Made by a program: the position numbers and the translations under genes
Shown here: one piece after another, positions 34,990 through 50,800 of the stretch
Numbering within the stretch: position 1 is the stretch's first letter
Layout of the letters: each line of letters begins with the position of its first letter
DNA from: Eledone cirrhosa
Taxonomy: Eukaryota
NCBI GenBank assembly: GCA_964016885.1
Contig: OZ024742.1
Span: 229,648,001 to 229,712,000, forward strand
Direction of reading: 5' to 3'
DNA: 64,000 nt
Notes under the pieces: model-generated
Told to the model about the DNA's origin: nothing
What the model saw: only the letters and a program-made list of their open reading frames with translations
Database searches by the model: none

Positions 34990-35388
34990 TCTTTTCATTC
35001 AAAGAATATAAAATTCCTGAATTTAAATCACAAACTAGCGCTATCAAAAACTGTTCCTGGGATGAGAGTGGATGATGTAGAACAGGTTTATCAAGGGCCG
35101 TAGCAAAGATAGAGGCAAAAGGAGGTAGGTCAAACTAGCCACCGCTGTTGCCAGCAGCAGTCGGAATGACCCGGTTTGTTCTCAACGTTAGTGGAGGTAG
35201 TAGTAATATGAAATACGTCCCTACACGCACAAGGCGCCAAGGTACGCATGTATTGTCCAACCAAGTGCCAATGTGGTTCAATGGCCGGTTAATAAATTAA
35301 CGAGCCAGAACAAATATAAACAAGGTTTAGTAAATAATGAAAAAGTTTCAAAATAAATTTTAAAAAATTGACTTTACCTACTATAGTT

Positions 35389-35472
35389 ACCTTTACCGAT
35401 CGGTTTCGAATCCCAAAAATAAAACGGAGACCATACGGCCTTCGTTGCAAAGAGAGATTCTCGTCAGAAGGT
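35389..35472 (-). ncRNA. Type I hammerhead ribozyme (family B)
   Basis: Same motif as 34906-34989, offset +483. Confidence 0.92.
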
Positions 35473-35871
35473 TCTTTTCATTCAAAGAATATAAAATTCC
35501 TGAATTTAAATCACAAACTAGCGCTATCAAAAACTGTTCCTGGGATGAGAGTGGATGATGTAGAACAGGTTTATCAAGGGCCGTAGCAAAGATAGAGGCA
35601 AAAGGAGGTAGGTCAAACTAGCCACCGCTGTTGCCAGCAGCAGTCGGAATGACCCGGTTTGTTCTCAACGTTAGTGGAGGTAGTAGTAATATGAAATACG
35701 TCCCTTCACGCACAAGGCGCCAAGGTACGCATGTATTGTCCAACCAAGTGCCAATGTGGTTCAATGGCGGGTTAATAAATTAACGAGCCAGAACAAATAT
35801 AAACAAGGTTTAGTAAATAATGAAAAAGTTTCAAAATAAATTTTAAAAAATTGACTTTACCTACTATAGTT

Positions 35872-35955
35872 ACCTTTACCGATCGGTTTCGAATCCCAAA
35901 AATAAAACGGAGACCATACGGCCTTCGTTGCAAAGAGAGATTCTCGTCAGAAGGT
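35872..35955 (-). ncRNA. Type I hammerhead ribozyme (family B)
   Basis: Same motif as 34906-34989, offset +966. Confidence 0.92.
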
Positions 35956-36363
35956 TCTTTTCATTCAAAGAATATAAAATTCCTGAATTTAAATCACAAA
36001 CTAGCGCTATCAAAAACTGTTCCTGGGATGAGAGTGGATGATGTAGAACAGGTTTATCAAGGGCCGTAGCAAAGATAGAGGCAAAAGGAGGTAGGTCAAA
36101 CTAGCCACCGCTGTTGCCAGCAGCAGTCGGAATGACCCGGTTTGTTCTCAACGTTAGTGGAGGTAGTAGTAATATGAAATACGTCCCTTCACGCACAAGG
36201 CGCCAAGGTACGCATGTATTGTCCAACCAAGTGCCAATGTGGTTCTTTGCTACGGCCCTTGATAAACCTGTTCTACATCATCCACTCTCATCCCAGGAAC
36301 AGTTTTTGATAGCGCTAGTTTGTGATTTAAATTCAGGAATTTTATATTCTTTGAATGAAAAGA

Positions 36364-36447
36364 ACCTTCTGACGAGAATCTCTCTTTGCAACGAAGGCCG
36401 TATGGTCTCCGTTTTATTTTTGGGATTCGAAACCGATCGGTAAAGGT
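36364..36447 (+). ncRNA. Type I hammerhead ribozyme (family B, inverted arm)
   Basis: acctt ctgacga gaatctc...gggattc gaaa ccgatcgg ta aaggt read directly on the plus strand. Confidence 0.92.
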
Positions 36448-36846
36448 AACTATAGTAGGTAAAGTCAATTTTTTAAAATTTATTTTGAAACTTTTTCATT
36501 ATTTACTAAACCTTGTTTATATTTGTTCTGGCTCGTTAATTTATTAACCCGCCATTGAACCACATTGGCACTTGGTTGGACAATACATGCGTACCTTGGC
36601 GCCTTGTGCGTGAAGAGACGTATTTCATATTACTATTACCTCCACTAACGTTGAGAACAAACCGGGTCATTCCGACTGCTGCTGGCAACAGCGGTGGCTA
36701 GTTTGACCTACCTCCTTTTGCCTCTATCTTTGCTACGGCCCTTGATAAACCTGTTCTACATCATCCACTCTCATCCCAGGAACAGTTTTTGATAGCGCTA
36801 GTTTGTGATTTAAATTCAGGAATTTTATACTCTTTGAATGAAAAGA

Positions 36847-36929
36847 ACCTTCTGACGAGAATCTCTCTTTGCAACGAAGGCCGTATGGTCTCCGTTTTAT
36901 TTTGGGATTCGAAACCGATCGGTAAAGGT
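36847..36929 (+). ncRNA. Type I hammerhead ribozyme (family B, inverted arm)
   Basis: Same motif, one T shorter in the stem II insert. Confidence 0.92.
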
Positions 36930-37287
36930 AACTATAGTAGGTAAAGTCAATTTTTTAAAATTTATTTTGAAACTTTTTCATTATTTACTAAACCTTGTTT
37001 ATATTTGTTCTGGCTCGTTAATTTATTAACCCGCCATTGAACCACATTGGCACTTGGTTGGACAATACATGCGTACCTTGGCGCCTTATGCCTGAAGGGA
37101 CGTATTTCATATTACATATATATATATATATATACATACAGGTACACATATATATATGTACGTATCAGTTTAGCGGACGTTTATTATAACGCCCGCTTTG
37201 TCCGTTTGTAAACAAGCGGACAGCCTGATTTATGCCGTACGGTGTTAAGGCAACTACGTCACCTTTTTGTTCAACGCTGACACAGGA

Positions 37288-37330
37288 ACGATGTACTAGT
37301 TTCAAGCTTCTTAGCTATCATCAGCACCGT
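37288..37330 (-). ncRNA. Minimal type I hammerhead ribozyme (family A)
   Basis: Same motif as 34021-34063. Confidence 0.9.
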
Positions 37331-37565
37331 ATACCCTTCTGCCAGATGGTTGAACTTTCGAAAGTATATACTTTCCTTATGAAAATTAACGGCTGAGCAG
37401 CCTAATTTGCATATCGAGTGAGTTCAGTCGGCCAGGCGTACCGAAAACGATAAGTTTTAATATAATGAAACGAAATTTCATTTCTCACTCTTAGTACGGC
37501 ACTTACTTAAATGTAAGTATGTATGAATACGTACATACATATATGTATACAGACGTACAGTAGCA

Positions 37566-37683
<118 letters not shown>

Positions 37684-37834
37684 TACAGGTACACATATAT
37701 ATATGTACGTATCAGTTTAGCGGACGTTTATTATAACGCCCGCTTTGTCCGTTTGTAAACAAGCGGACAGCCTGATTTATGCCGTACGGTGTTAAGGTAA
37801 CTACGTCACCTTTTTGTTCAACACTGACACAGGA

Positions 37835-37877
37835 ACGATGTATTAGTTTCAAGCTACTTAGCTATCATCAGCACCGT
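37835..37877 (-). ncRNA. Hammerhead ribozyme (family A), stem III mutant
   Basis: Core intact; GAAACUAAUA replaces GAAACUAGUA. Confidence 0.75.
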
Positions 37878-38112
37878 ATACCCTTCTGCTAGATGGTTGA
37901 ACGTTCGAAAGTATATACTTTCCTTATGAAAATTAACGGCTGAGCACCCTAATTTGCATATCAAGTGAGTTCAGTCGGCCACGCGTACCGAAAACGATAA
38001 GTTGTAATATAATGAAACGAAATTTCATTTTTCACTCTTAGTACGGCACTTACTTAAATGTAAGTATGTATGTATACGTACATACATATATGTATACAGA
38101 CGTACAGTAGCA

Positions 38113-38158
<46 letters not shown>

Positions 38159-38680
38159 CATACAGGTACACATATATATATGTACGTATCAGTTTAGCGG
38201 ACGTTTATTATAATATGATAATATATATCAAAGGTATACATTGAGTTAGAAACTCAAAATAGTCTCTTACAATTAAATAACTCAAAGAAAGAGATATTTC
38301 TGAGCCGTGCAACATAATTGAATATAAAAGAGAGATAAACACAGATATAAACATACATGTGTTCAAATTGTAAGGGACCAAGTTCGCTAGGTGCAAAAAT
38401 ACTAACTCTTAACAATATGGTTTGCCAGAATCAATTTAAAATAATAAATGAAGAAAAAGAAGTACAAACCATATTGGGCAACTGCCTGAACATCCAGACA
38501 GCTTTGGTAGCTGTTTCACAATTTTAGCGAAGGAAATTACCAATTATCTGCTCATCAGTGGGTGTAAAATTAGTAATCCCTTCACTTCTAAGTATCTCCA
38601 AAGAATTGGTCTCTTACGATTTGAACCCATATATGTTTATATCTGTGTTTATCTCTCTTTTATATTCAATTATATGTATA

Positions 38681-39670
<990 letters not shown>

Positions 39671-40135
39671 CATAAATATAGAGTGGTGGACTAGGTCTAA
39701 AAATATTGGTTGCCAGGAGATGCCTGTAACACATTGGTACCAAACATTATTTGGTCAGTAGTTCATGTGTATGTGTAAGTATATATATATATATATGGGT
39801 GGGTGTGAATGTGCATGCCTAAATGAATACACTGAGCTTTAGATTTAGTTGAATGTACAACCACTGATTACAGCTATTTGCACTATCATATTGTTTGGTT
39901 AATATTAATTCCCTGGGGTTGACCAAATGCTTTGCTTAATTATATTATTTATTTAAAATAAACAACTTATTCTTTCTCTAAGACTTTAGTTATTTTTTGA
40001 AAGTTAAGCATTACCCCCTAAATCACTACAATGGACCCAGCAATGCTACTGCGGGGCCCGGCAATGATACCGTGGGCCCCATGGGGACCACTTGCCATTG
40101 GATAACCTGGCAAGCTGGCCAGTCCACCACTGCAA

Positions 40136-40177
<42 letters not shown>

Positions 40178-40314
40178 ATTAGAATACTGGAGCGTGTTTG
40201 AGTCAAACACCCTCTTCGTATTATAGAAATGACAGTAAAAGGTATAGCTCAATGCAGTTAAACAGAGCCAAAAAATTAAGAGAGTAAAACAAAGAATCCT
40301 TTAATACATCAAAA

Positions 40315-40371
40315 GTTTTTATTAGCCGACAATGTTTCGTCCTATTAAGGACTCATCAGGGCAATCAAAAC
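40315..40371 (-). ncRNA. Type I hammerhead ribozyme (left arm of inverted repeat)
   Basis: Reverse complement of 43270-43326. Confidence 0.9.
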
Positions 40372-40697
40372 AACAAGAGGTAATATCGGCAGATACAAGC
40401 CAGAAACTCTGAAGAATATGGAGTGTACATACACTAATGTCTTGCAAAGATATACGATAATAAAAATGAAAATAAAGATAAAAATAATAAAATTATAATA
40501 ACTAAGGATGTAGATAACATTAAGAACCATATTACAAATATAGTCCAAAGCCACCAACCTAAATCTAAACAAAATTGGTTATATAGAGCAGGAATTATAT
40601 ATAACACAATATAATACATTATAATAATAATATATTTATACCAACATTAAAATTCCAAATTAAAAATCAAAAGATACAATATATACATGTATATATG

Positions 40698-40735
<38 letters not shown>

Positions 40736-43269
40736 ACAATACACATATCTATGTTCTATTACACAGAAATTAAGCCCTATTAGAAGTTTGAATATTAAAA
40801 ATAAGCATGGTAATAGTGAAAATAATACTAATACATCTACCCAATATACATGAGGCAATAATATGATATAATTACAAGAAACACTTATAACAAATAATAA
40901 ACAACAAAATTATATAATTCAATACAATATAATAAAGTAGAATAGATAATCCCCGGTTAATTTACAGAAACAATATAGATGTCACAATGAAATACAATGA
41001 TAAAATGTTAACATTATATTAACAATTACCATAAACAATATGTACAAAATGATTCATACTGGGTTACATAATAAATGAGGAAATATAAATCATATAATAT
41101 AATACTAAAAAAAACTATAATGGTACAGGGAACAATTATGATGTTACAGAAAAAATATGATGTTACAGAAAAAAATATACAGACATCTAACATGATATGT
41201 AAAGTCTAAATATCATAATGTTACATATTACAATATTAAAATATTAAAAAATCCAGACATCTTACATGATATATAAAGTTTAAATATCATAATGTTATAT
41301 ATAATAAACGGTAAGTAATAAGGATCTATATCATAATGTAATATATTTTAAAATTGGCATACAATATATAAATACTTATAATTACAAGGTTAGTAGACAG
41401 ACATGTGTGGATGAGTGAGCGAAGCCAGACAGTGAATAGTAAATAGAATATAGAATAAAACAAATAAATACAATCAACCGGAAATTACAAAACAAAAGCA
41501 AATGTATACACATTTAGGCCTCGCGTGCATTAAGAAATTAGGTAAACACCAAGGAAAGCGATCATTTTAAATGACTCCAAACCCTATCTGATAAATTAAT
41601 ATTAAAAATATCAAACCCGTCCGATAAGGTAGTATAATATTAGCTATAGTTTAAGTCATTAAAGTATATAAACTTTAATGTATCATTACAAATGTTTACA
41701 AAAAGGAATAAAATTACACTATCATATACGCAACGATATCTAAAAAACTGACTTATATTTAACCCCCCCCCCTCTTTTATGCTCTGTTCTATTATTTATT
41801 ATAGTATATCGAATATATTTTATGCCACTTCGCACCCTCCATATATTTTGTCAATTCTGTCCCCATTAGCCTACCTTAACTCTACTTAAGTCAGTTTTTT
41901 TAGATATCGTTGCGTATATGATAGTGTAATTTTATTCCTTTTTGTAAACATTTGTAATGATACATTAAAGTTTATATACTTTAATGACTTAAACTATAGC
42001 TAATATTATACTACCTTATCGGACGGGTTTGATATTTTTAATATTAATTTATCAGATAGGGTTTGGAGTCATTTAAAATGATCGCTTTCCTTGGTGTTTA
42101 CCTAATTTCTTAATGCACGCGAGGCCTAAATGTGTATACATTTGCTTTTGTTTTGTAATTTCCGGTTGATTGTATTTATTTGTTTTATTCTATATTCTAT
42201 TTACTATTCACTGTCTGGCTTCGCTCACTCATCCACACATGTCTGTCTACTAACCTTGTAATTATAAGTATTTATATATTTTATGCCAATTTTAAAATAT
42301 ATTACATTATGATATAGATCCTTATTACTTACCGTTTATTATATATAACATTATGATATTTAAACTTTATATATCATGTAAGATGTCTGGATTTTTTAAT
42401 ATTTTAATATTGTAATATGTAACATTATGATATTTAGACTTTACATATCATGTTAGATGTCTGTATATTTTTTTCTGTAACATCATATTTTTTCTGTAAC
42501 ATCATAATTGTTCCCTGTACCATTATAGTTTTTTTTAGTATTATATTATATGATTTATATTTCCTCATTTATTATGTAACCCAGTATGAATCATTTTGTA
42601 CATATTGTTTATGGTAATTGTTAATATAATGTTAACATTTTATTATTGTATTTCATTGTGACATCTATATTGTTTCTGTAAATTAACCGGGGATTATCTA
42701 TTCTACTTTATTATATTGTATTGAATTATATAATTTTGTTGTTTATTATTTGTTATAAGTGTTTCTTGTAATTATATCATATTATTGCCTCATGTATATT
42801 GGGTAGATGTATTAGTATTATTTTCACTATTACCATGCTTATTTTTAATATTCAAACTTCTAATAGGGCTTAATTTCTGTCTAATAGAACATAGATATGT
42901 GTATTGTTATATGTGTGTGTGTGGGTGTGTGTGTGTGTGCGCACATATATACATGTATATATTGTACCTTTTGATTTTTAATTTGGAATTTTAATGTTGG
43001 TATAAATATATTATTATTATAATGTATTATATTGTGTTATATATAATTCCTGCTCTATATAACCAATTTTGTTTAGATTTAGGTTGGTGGCTTTGGACTA
43101 TATTTGTAATATGGTTCTTAATGTTATCTACATCCTTAGTTATTATAATTTTATTATTTTTATCTTTATTTTCATTTTTATTATCGTATATCTTTGCAAG
43201 ACATTAGTGTATGTACACTCCATATTCTTCAGAGTTTCTGGCTTGTATCTGCCGATATTACCTCTTGTT

Positions 43270-43326
43270 GTTTTGATTGCCCTGATGAGTCCTTAATAGG
43301 ACGAAACATTGTCGGCTAATAAAAAC
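43270..43326 (+). ncRNA. Type I hammerhead ribozyme (right arm of inverted repeat)
   Basis: GUUUUgAUUGCC-CUGAUGA-GUCCU uaau AGGAC-GAAA-C auu G-UC-GGCuAAUaAAAAC; predicted cleavage after C43313. Confidence 0.92.
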
Positions 43327-43365
43327 TTTTGATGTATTAAAGGATTCTTTGTTTTACTCTCTTAA

Positions 43366-43997
<632 letters not shown>

Positions 43998-44600
43998 TAT
44001 CTAGGGAGTGTAACTTGGAGTTACTGCAGGTTCACCCGGGTGAACACTCGAGATTTAGGTTCACTTCTGTGTTGAGGTGTAGAGCTATACAGAGTGTAAT
44101 ATTTTGAAAGGATAACAAGGACGATTGGTTACTCCTTCATTACATTTATTGGTAGGTGACGCGCGTTTCGCCACTTATTAGCTCAAGGTTCGATCTGTGT
44201 CGATCTTTCCCGACTCTATAATCGGCAGCTCGACGGACCCTTTAAAATACTAGTAGAAAATGAATACATGCTATATGATAAAGTCAGAAGTTCATATGTT
44301 GGTCACTATGGATTGTTTTGATTGGTGGAATAGATCATAGGGATGTTTTCACCTGTAGTGTATGTCGGGGTGGATGTGATGGCAAGATGTTTGGTGACGG
44401 TCGCTGGCTGGGTTGGGCTGTGGTGTGTGTGTGGGAGGTGGGGGTGGGGATGGGGGTGGAGGGGGGATTGTCGGTAGACAGATTAGCGTATATTTGTGGC
44501 TGATTATTGTGTGTGGTGTGGGTGTGGTGTTGTTGTTTATGGTGGTGTGGTGGATGTGGTGGATGTGTCAAATAAATATATATATTCATATCTCTCTTTC
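43998..44600 (-). mobile_element. PLE 3' end (pLTR) fragment, same family as 11390-14340
   Basis: Homologous to about 13840-14340 and, beyond the HHR, to 11390-11510. Confidence 0.8.
44154..44240 (-). ncRNA. Hammerhead variant (core CCGUCGA), homologue of 14210-14296
   Basis: GGGU-CCGUCGA-GCUGC...GUGGC-GAAA-CGCGCG-UC-ACCU. Confidence 0.62.
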
Positions 44601-44727
44601 CCTACATAACTCTCTCTATATATATATATAGAAAGAGAGGGATATATGGAGAGAGATAGAGGCGTGTATATAATAATTGGTGTGTACTTGCGTTTGCTTG
44701 CATGTGTATGAGTATGTATACATATGC

Positions 44728-44778
<51 letters not shown>

Positions 44779-44919
44779 ATACAATAACAGAGATAGTTTA
44801 AAGCTAAACTCTGACTGGTAACCATCTCACTCAACAAACATTAGGTTATATTTAAATGTAAACCCAATTTAAGTGTTTGGGTGCTAATAATATGTATAAT
44901 GTGGAAAAACCAGTTGTAT

Positions 44920-44957
<38 letters not shown>

Positions 44958-45480
44958 CTGGAATGGACACATATGTAAGCGAACATAAACAACTATCGAT
45001 TACAAGCATCCGTTCACTTCCTCTACCTCACCATGGAAAAACAATTTCGTAGATTATGCTGAGATTGTATAACTTTAACAAGGTCGTTCAGCGTCTTAAA
45101 TGATTGTTGGTCGCCGGACAGAGTCTTAAAACTACACAACAAGCGAACTGAACAGAAATTAAACAATACAGCTGAATAGAAATGAGTTGCTCTAATCTAA
45201 CAACAGATACAAAAATGTCTATTCGATTTGTGAAAAGACAAAAGTTTAAGTTGAATATGTAATAATGGAAAGACAGGAAACAAAGAAGCGTTCGTCCAAA
45301 TAGACTTTCAGTTCAATTGTTTTGTCATATACAACTTTCAGTTGCTTAAAAGAATTGTTAAGGGGTTGCAGATGTGGCAACAGAGGAGCATAGACGCTTG
45401 TCCTCGTTTAACGTCTATGTCCGTTTTTCCATACGAATATTATACACACAAACACACACACACAAACACAAACACAAACA

Positions 45481-45601
<121 letters not shown>

Positions 45602-45602
45602 T

Positions 45603-47865
45603 TATTGTTATACTTTGGGAGGGTCATGTTGCCAGTAAGAAACACACGCACCAGTTGCTTTCACTTCAATTTATTATAATAAATTTATAAATTTCCGGTT
45701 GGTTGGTTGGTTCCGCAACCAGATGGTTGTTTATATATTGTCAAAGTTCTTTCGTCACACATTCTGTGACCTCTTCAGTGACTGTGGATTCTTTTCTTTG
45801 TTTTTGTGCCTCTCCTTTGTTCTGTCCTACGCCATCTTGTTTCTGTGTGTGTGTTGTGTACTCAGTCTGCGCATGCGCCACATCCGAGTGTCTGTGTGTG
45901 TTTATATTCGTTTATTTATTTGTTTATTTACATGTTACTGGTTGTTTGTTTGTTCTATGTGCGTGTGTGTTTTCATTTTATCCTTAATTGTAAGTTGTGT
46001 TGTTGCTGTTCCACTCATGTATTCTATTTAATTTTGGTTGTAATTCTTTTATGTTTATTGCCTCTGTGATTTGTCTAAACATTGCGTCTTTTCTGTGTGA
46101 AGATTCTATTTTTATGTCTATGTTCTCTAATTTACCCTTATGTTCTATTTTAGCATGTTGGAAGAGTACATATGATTCTTTACTATCTTGAAGGTCTCGC
46201 TATTGTTCATTTATCCGTTCCCCTACACTACGAGCTGTCTCACCTATGAACACTATATTTATATCTCTACATTGTCCTTCAGTACATCTTATGCTATATA
46301 CTACATTTCTAGTTTTACAGTTAATATGGGGGCTTAATTTAAAGGTTATACATTTCTTATCTATACAGCGGGGTCTTTGAAAAGGGTATGTCTTGCTAAT
46401 CAGTGTTTTTATGGAGGTACCTGGTCTTTCTACTATCTTAATATTGAGTTGATGTTTATCTAGGGCCCTTCTAAATTTGTAAGCTAATTCACCTCTAGGG
46501 GTTGTATCGATGAACATTACACTCTGGTATTTATTGCTATCATACCATGAGTTTATTCTATTAGCCTTATTCCTAGTTCTTTCTATTCTATTCCAAAATC
46601 TGCTCCTATACAAGGGGTAGGTCCCATTTGTGTCATTATTTACCATTTTTTCCCATTTGGTTCTGGCTCCTCTATACACTCTGATTTTATCTCTCTGATT
46701 GTAACCAGAGAACTGCATACGGTGGATGGAGTATTGTATGTGTCTCTCTAGTCCTTCGGGGTTGCACATGCGGGCCACGTTTCTCATCACCCGTACCAAA
46801 TCCGCAATCAGTATGTTGATTTTGGTACGGTCCGAAACAGCTGAGTTTCGGTGGATCAGATATTTGAAAGTCATGGGTTTGGCATAATGGGAATGGAGGA
46901 TTTGTTTTTTGTTATTAATGGTATCTAACCAGAGCTCTGTGTCTAGTACAGGTAATCGATGGTTGGAGTGTTTGCTTGGGTAGTCTATAGTAACTCTAAT
47001 ACTCTGGTGAAAGGAGTTAGCTATTTGCTGGATGCTTTCCATTGTGTTTTTCTCTAATTCCTGACTGTTCTCTAGTGGGGGTGTTTTAACTACGATGTTT
47101 ATATCATCAACGTAGCGGGAGTACATTAGTAGGATTAAGGGGTCTTCTAATTGTTCTTTAAGTTTAAGTTTAAGTCTACTGTCCCACCATACCATGAATA
47201 AGTTAGCTATGTCGCCTCCAATGACTGCTCCCTCCTCTTGGGCATATGTTTTTCCATTAAATTTGAACATATGTTCCTTAAGAGTTAATTTTATGCTGGC
47301 CCCCACCGCATGTGCAATCATTTTCTTTAGTTCATCGTGGTTTTCGGGTGTCCGTATGGCTCTGGTCCACCTTGGCCATTGAGGTAATGGTAGGTAGTCT
47401 GCCTCTTGCTGGTCTTGTAGGGCACAGGTTGCTAAGGTCATATATGTCTAGATAATTATTACTATAGGTAAGTTTAAGTAGGAGTACAAGCTCACCGGTA
47501 TCAATCCCACGGAACTCAACATTGCTCTCACTGATCATTTCTACGCATTTCTCCACAGCAAAATCCACCTCAATAGATGTGGCATACTTAGGCGGCCGTT
47601 GTAATACAGATAATTCATCAGATTCGACCGTAGTGTTGCCGTATATATTTGTGTTGTTGTTGTTGAATTCATCTGTTAATGAGATGTCGGCCATATTTAT
47701 ACCGTCAATTTTGTCGGGATATCTATTGATATTCTCTAAAGTATTTTGATTTAGTTTTATCTGTTTAAGCCACTTTAGTTTCTTGTTAAAGTGCTTATCA
47801 CATTCTTGAACAATGTACTCTTCTTCAGGACGTATAAGGTTTATAAATATTAGTTTTTCTCTTGG
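45603..47865 (-). mobile_element. Penelope-like element, inverted internally deleted copy
   Basis: 413-aa ORF with YSRYVDD and NVVYSIRC...FIGETARSVGER; jumps from PPKYAT directly to SI.VDFAVEK at about 47578. Confidence 0.92.
45740..45782 (-). ncRNA. Minimal hammerhead ribozyme in PLE 3' end
   Basis: Reverse complement of 51058-51100. Confidence 0.7.
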
Positions 47866-47875
47866 TGTGGTGATC

Positions 47876-50800
47876 TACGGTCGACTCTGATGAATTATCT
47901 GTATTACAACTGCCGCCTAAGTATGCCACGTTCAATAAGGTAAATATGATAGATGTTTGTCAGAAATAGAAAAATCATTTACAAAATTACGTTGGAGCCT
48001 CAAAAACAAAAAAAACAACAAAAGTAACAACATACGCACACACATATACAACACGCATCCCAACAACAACAGACACACAGACACACACAACAATAACAAC
48101 ACACACAACAATAATAACATACACTTAGACAACAACAACAACACACATCAACAACAGCACACATCGACAACAACAACAGCACACACATTCAATGCCTCTC
48201 ACCACCACCACCACAATCTTAACAAACACACAGACACAGAAAACAGGTAATGGCAGTAGCACAGAAATAAGAGGAGGTAATAGGATTGAAAGGAGAAGGG
48301 AGACTATGGACAGAGACGAACACACAGACACACAAAATATAGTAGATAATAACAATGAGCCAGAGTAAAGAGACAGGCGTAATAATGAGAGACATAGAAA
48401 CAACCATGAGGCTGTTGGTGGAAATAGAAATAGAAACAACACAACTAACAATAACAATAGCACTAGTACACGTAAAGCAGCAGCCTGGAACTCTACTTTT
48501 TATAATCCCTCCGATAAGTCGTTCGACCTGCGACGAGTCCACGGCACGACTCTAGCTTTTAACAAACGCACGCAATTGCCGTCGCAGGTCGATGAACAAA
48601 CAGAAGCACAATTTAGTATAGCTAGATCTAAACTTAGAAATATTATAGAACAGTATAGCAAGAAGCATAATAGAATGGAGGCCCAGCAACTGGGAGAAAA
48701 ATATGCAAATGGCTTGCGTAAGCTCATGCAGCGCTCGCGTAATGGAGAGATAGCATGCTTTCCAACAGACAAGTCTGGCAGAATGTCGGTTGACAGTCTG
48801 CCAAACTACATCCAGGCAATGCAACCCCACATCACCAACACAAGAGAAATAGCACCACAAGAGCATGAGGATAGTGAAAAATCCCTCAATGCCCATATGG
48901 TGATGTGGACAAATATAATGCAGCCAATCTAAAGGACTGCCAACAACTTCCAGGCCTGGAACAATGATGTGCCAGCGTTGTATGGGCTTCGAAAAGACCA
49001 TAAAACGGGCAGTGACCTTGTCAAGGGACCACCAACACGGCCAGTCTGTGGAGCTAACGTTGCTAGTAACTATAGACTGTCCTACTTCCTCTCCCTGATC
49101 ATACGCCCCATCATTGAAATGTCCCCAGATGTATGTGACAGCACGGAGGACCTCCTCAGCAGAATCGGCGAGAGTAACCGATCTAGGGACCTAACAAACT
49201 GCATAATAGGTAGTATGGATGTTGGGTCCATGTATCCATCTATTGACGTGGATTTTGCTGTGGAGAAATGCGTAGAAATGATCAGTGAGAGCAATGTTGA
49301 GTTCCGTGGGATTGATACCAGTGAGCTTGTACTCCTACTTAAACTTACCTATAGTAATAATTATCTAGACATATATGACCTTAGCAACCTGTGCCCTACA
49401 AGACCAGCAAGAGGGAGACCACCTACCATTACCTCAGTGGCCAAGAAAACCCACACAGATAGATGGAACGGGTGGACCAGAGCCATACGGACACCCGAAA
49501 ATCACGATGAACTAAAGAAAATGATTGCACATGCGGTGGGGGCCAGCATAAAATTAACCCTTAAGGAACATATGTTCAAATTTAATGGAAAAACATATGC
49601 CCAAGAGGAGGGAGCAGCCATTGGTGTTAGCATTGCAGGCGACATAGCTAACTTATTCATGGTATGGTGGGACAGTAGACTTAAACTTAAACTTAAAGAA
49701 CAATTAGAAGACTCCTTAACCCTGATAATGTACTCCCGCTACGTTGATGAAATAAAAATCGTAGTTAAAACACCCCACTTGAGAACAGTCAGTAATTAGA
49801 GAAAAACACAATGGAAAGCATCCAGCAAATAGCTAACTCCTTTCACCAGAGTATTAGAGTTACTATAGACTACCCAAGCAAACACTCCAACCATCGATTA
49901 CCTGTACTAGACACAGAGCTCTGGTTAGATACCATTAATAACAAAAAACAAATCCTCCATTCCCATTATGCCAAACCCATGACTTCCAAATATCTGATCC
50001 ACCGAAACTCAGCTGTTTCAGACCGGACCAAAATCAACATACTGATTGCGGATTTGGTACGGGTGATGAGAAACGTGTCCCGCATGTGCAACCCCGAAGG
50101 ACTAGAGAGACACATACAATACTCCATCCACCGTATGCAGTTCTCTGGTTACAATCAGAGAGATAAAATCAGAGTGTATAGAGGAGCCAGAACCAAATGG
50201 GAAAAAATGGTAAATAATGACACAAATGGGACCTGCCCCTTGTATAGGAGCAGATTTTGGAATAGAATAGAAAGAACTAGGAATAATTCTAATAGAATAA
50301 ACTCATGGTATGATAGCAATAAATACCAGAGTGTAATGTTCATCGATACAACCCCTAGAGGTGAATTAGCTTACAAATTTAGAAGGGCCCTAGATAAACA
50401 TCAACTCAATATTAAGATAGTAGAAAGACCAGGTACCTCCATAAAAACACTTATTAGCAAGACATACCCTTTTCAAAGACCTCCCTGTATAGATAAGAAA
50501 TGTATAACCTGTAAATTAAGCCCTCATATTAACTGTAAAACTAGAAATGTAGTATATAGCAAAGATGTACTGAAGGACAATGTAAAGATAAAAATATAGT
50601 GTTCATAGGTGAGACAGCTCCTAGTGTAAATGAACACTAGCGAGACCTTCAAGATAGTAAAGAATCATCTGTACTCTACCAACATGCTGAAATAGAACAT
50701 AAGGGTAAATTAGAGAACATAGACATAAAAATAGAATCTACACACAGAAAAAACGCAATGTTTAGACAAATCACAGAGGCAATAAACATAAAAGAATTAC

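Larger units (their letters stand above)
34837..37115. repeat. HHR tandem repeat family B: 483-bp units, about 2.9 copies then about 1.8 inverted copies
   Basis: Near-identical units with period 483; strand switch at about 36245. Confidence 0.97.
40275..43365. repeat. About 1.48-kb near-perfect inverted repeat (40275-41755 / 41887-43365), about 130-bp spacer
   Basis: Arms are reverse complements with few mismatches; mirrored ORF calls; AT-rich and non-coding. Confidence 0.97.

Noticed and set aside
34885-36468. Repeated 72-aa ORF MTLPTIV...
   Set aside because: Non-ATG start, antisense to the HHR, no domain; repetition reflects the tandem unit.
34837-37115. CRISPR-like array
   Set aside because: Whole units are repeated with no unique spacers, and the context is eukaryotic.
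47887-47930. CTGATGA at 47887 as a hammerhead core
   Set aside because: No stem II/GAAA partner; it is PLE coding sequence (SDELSVL).
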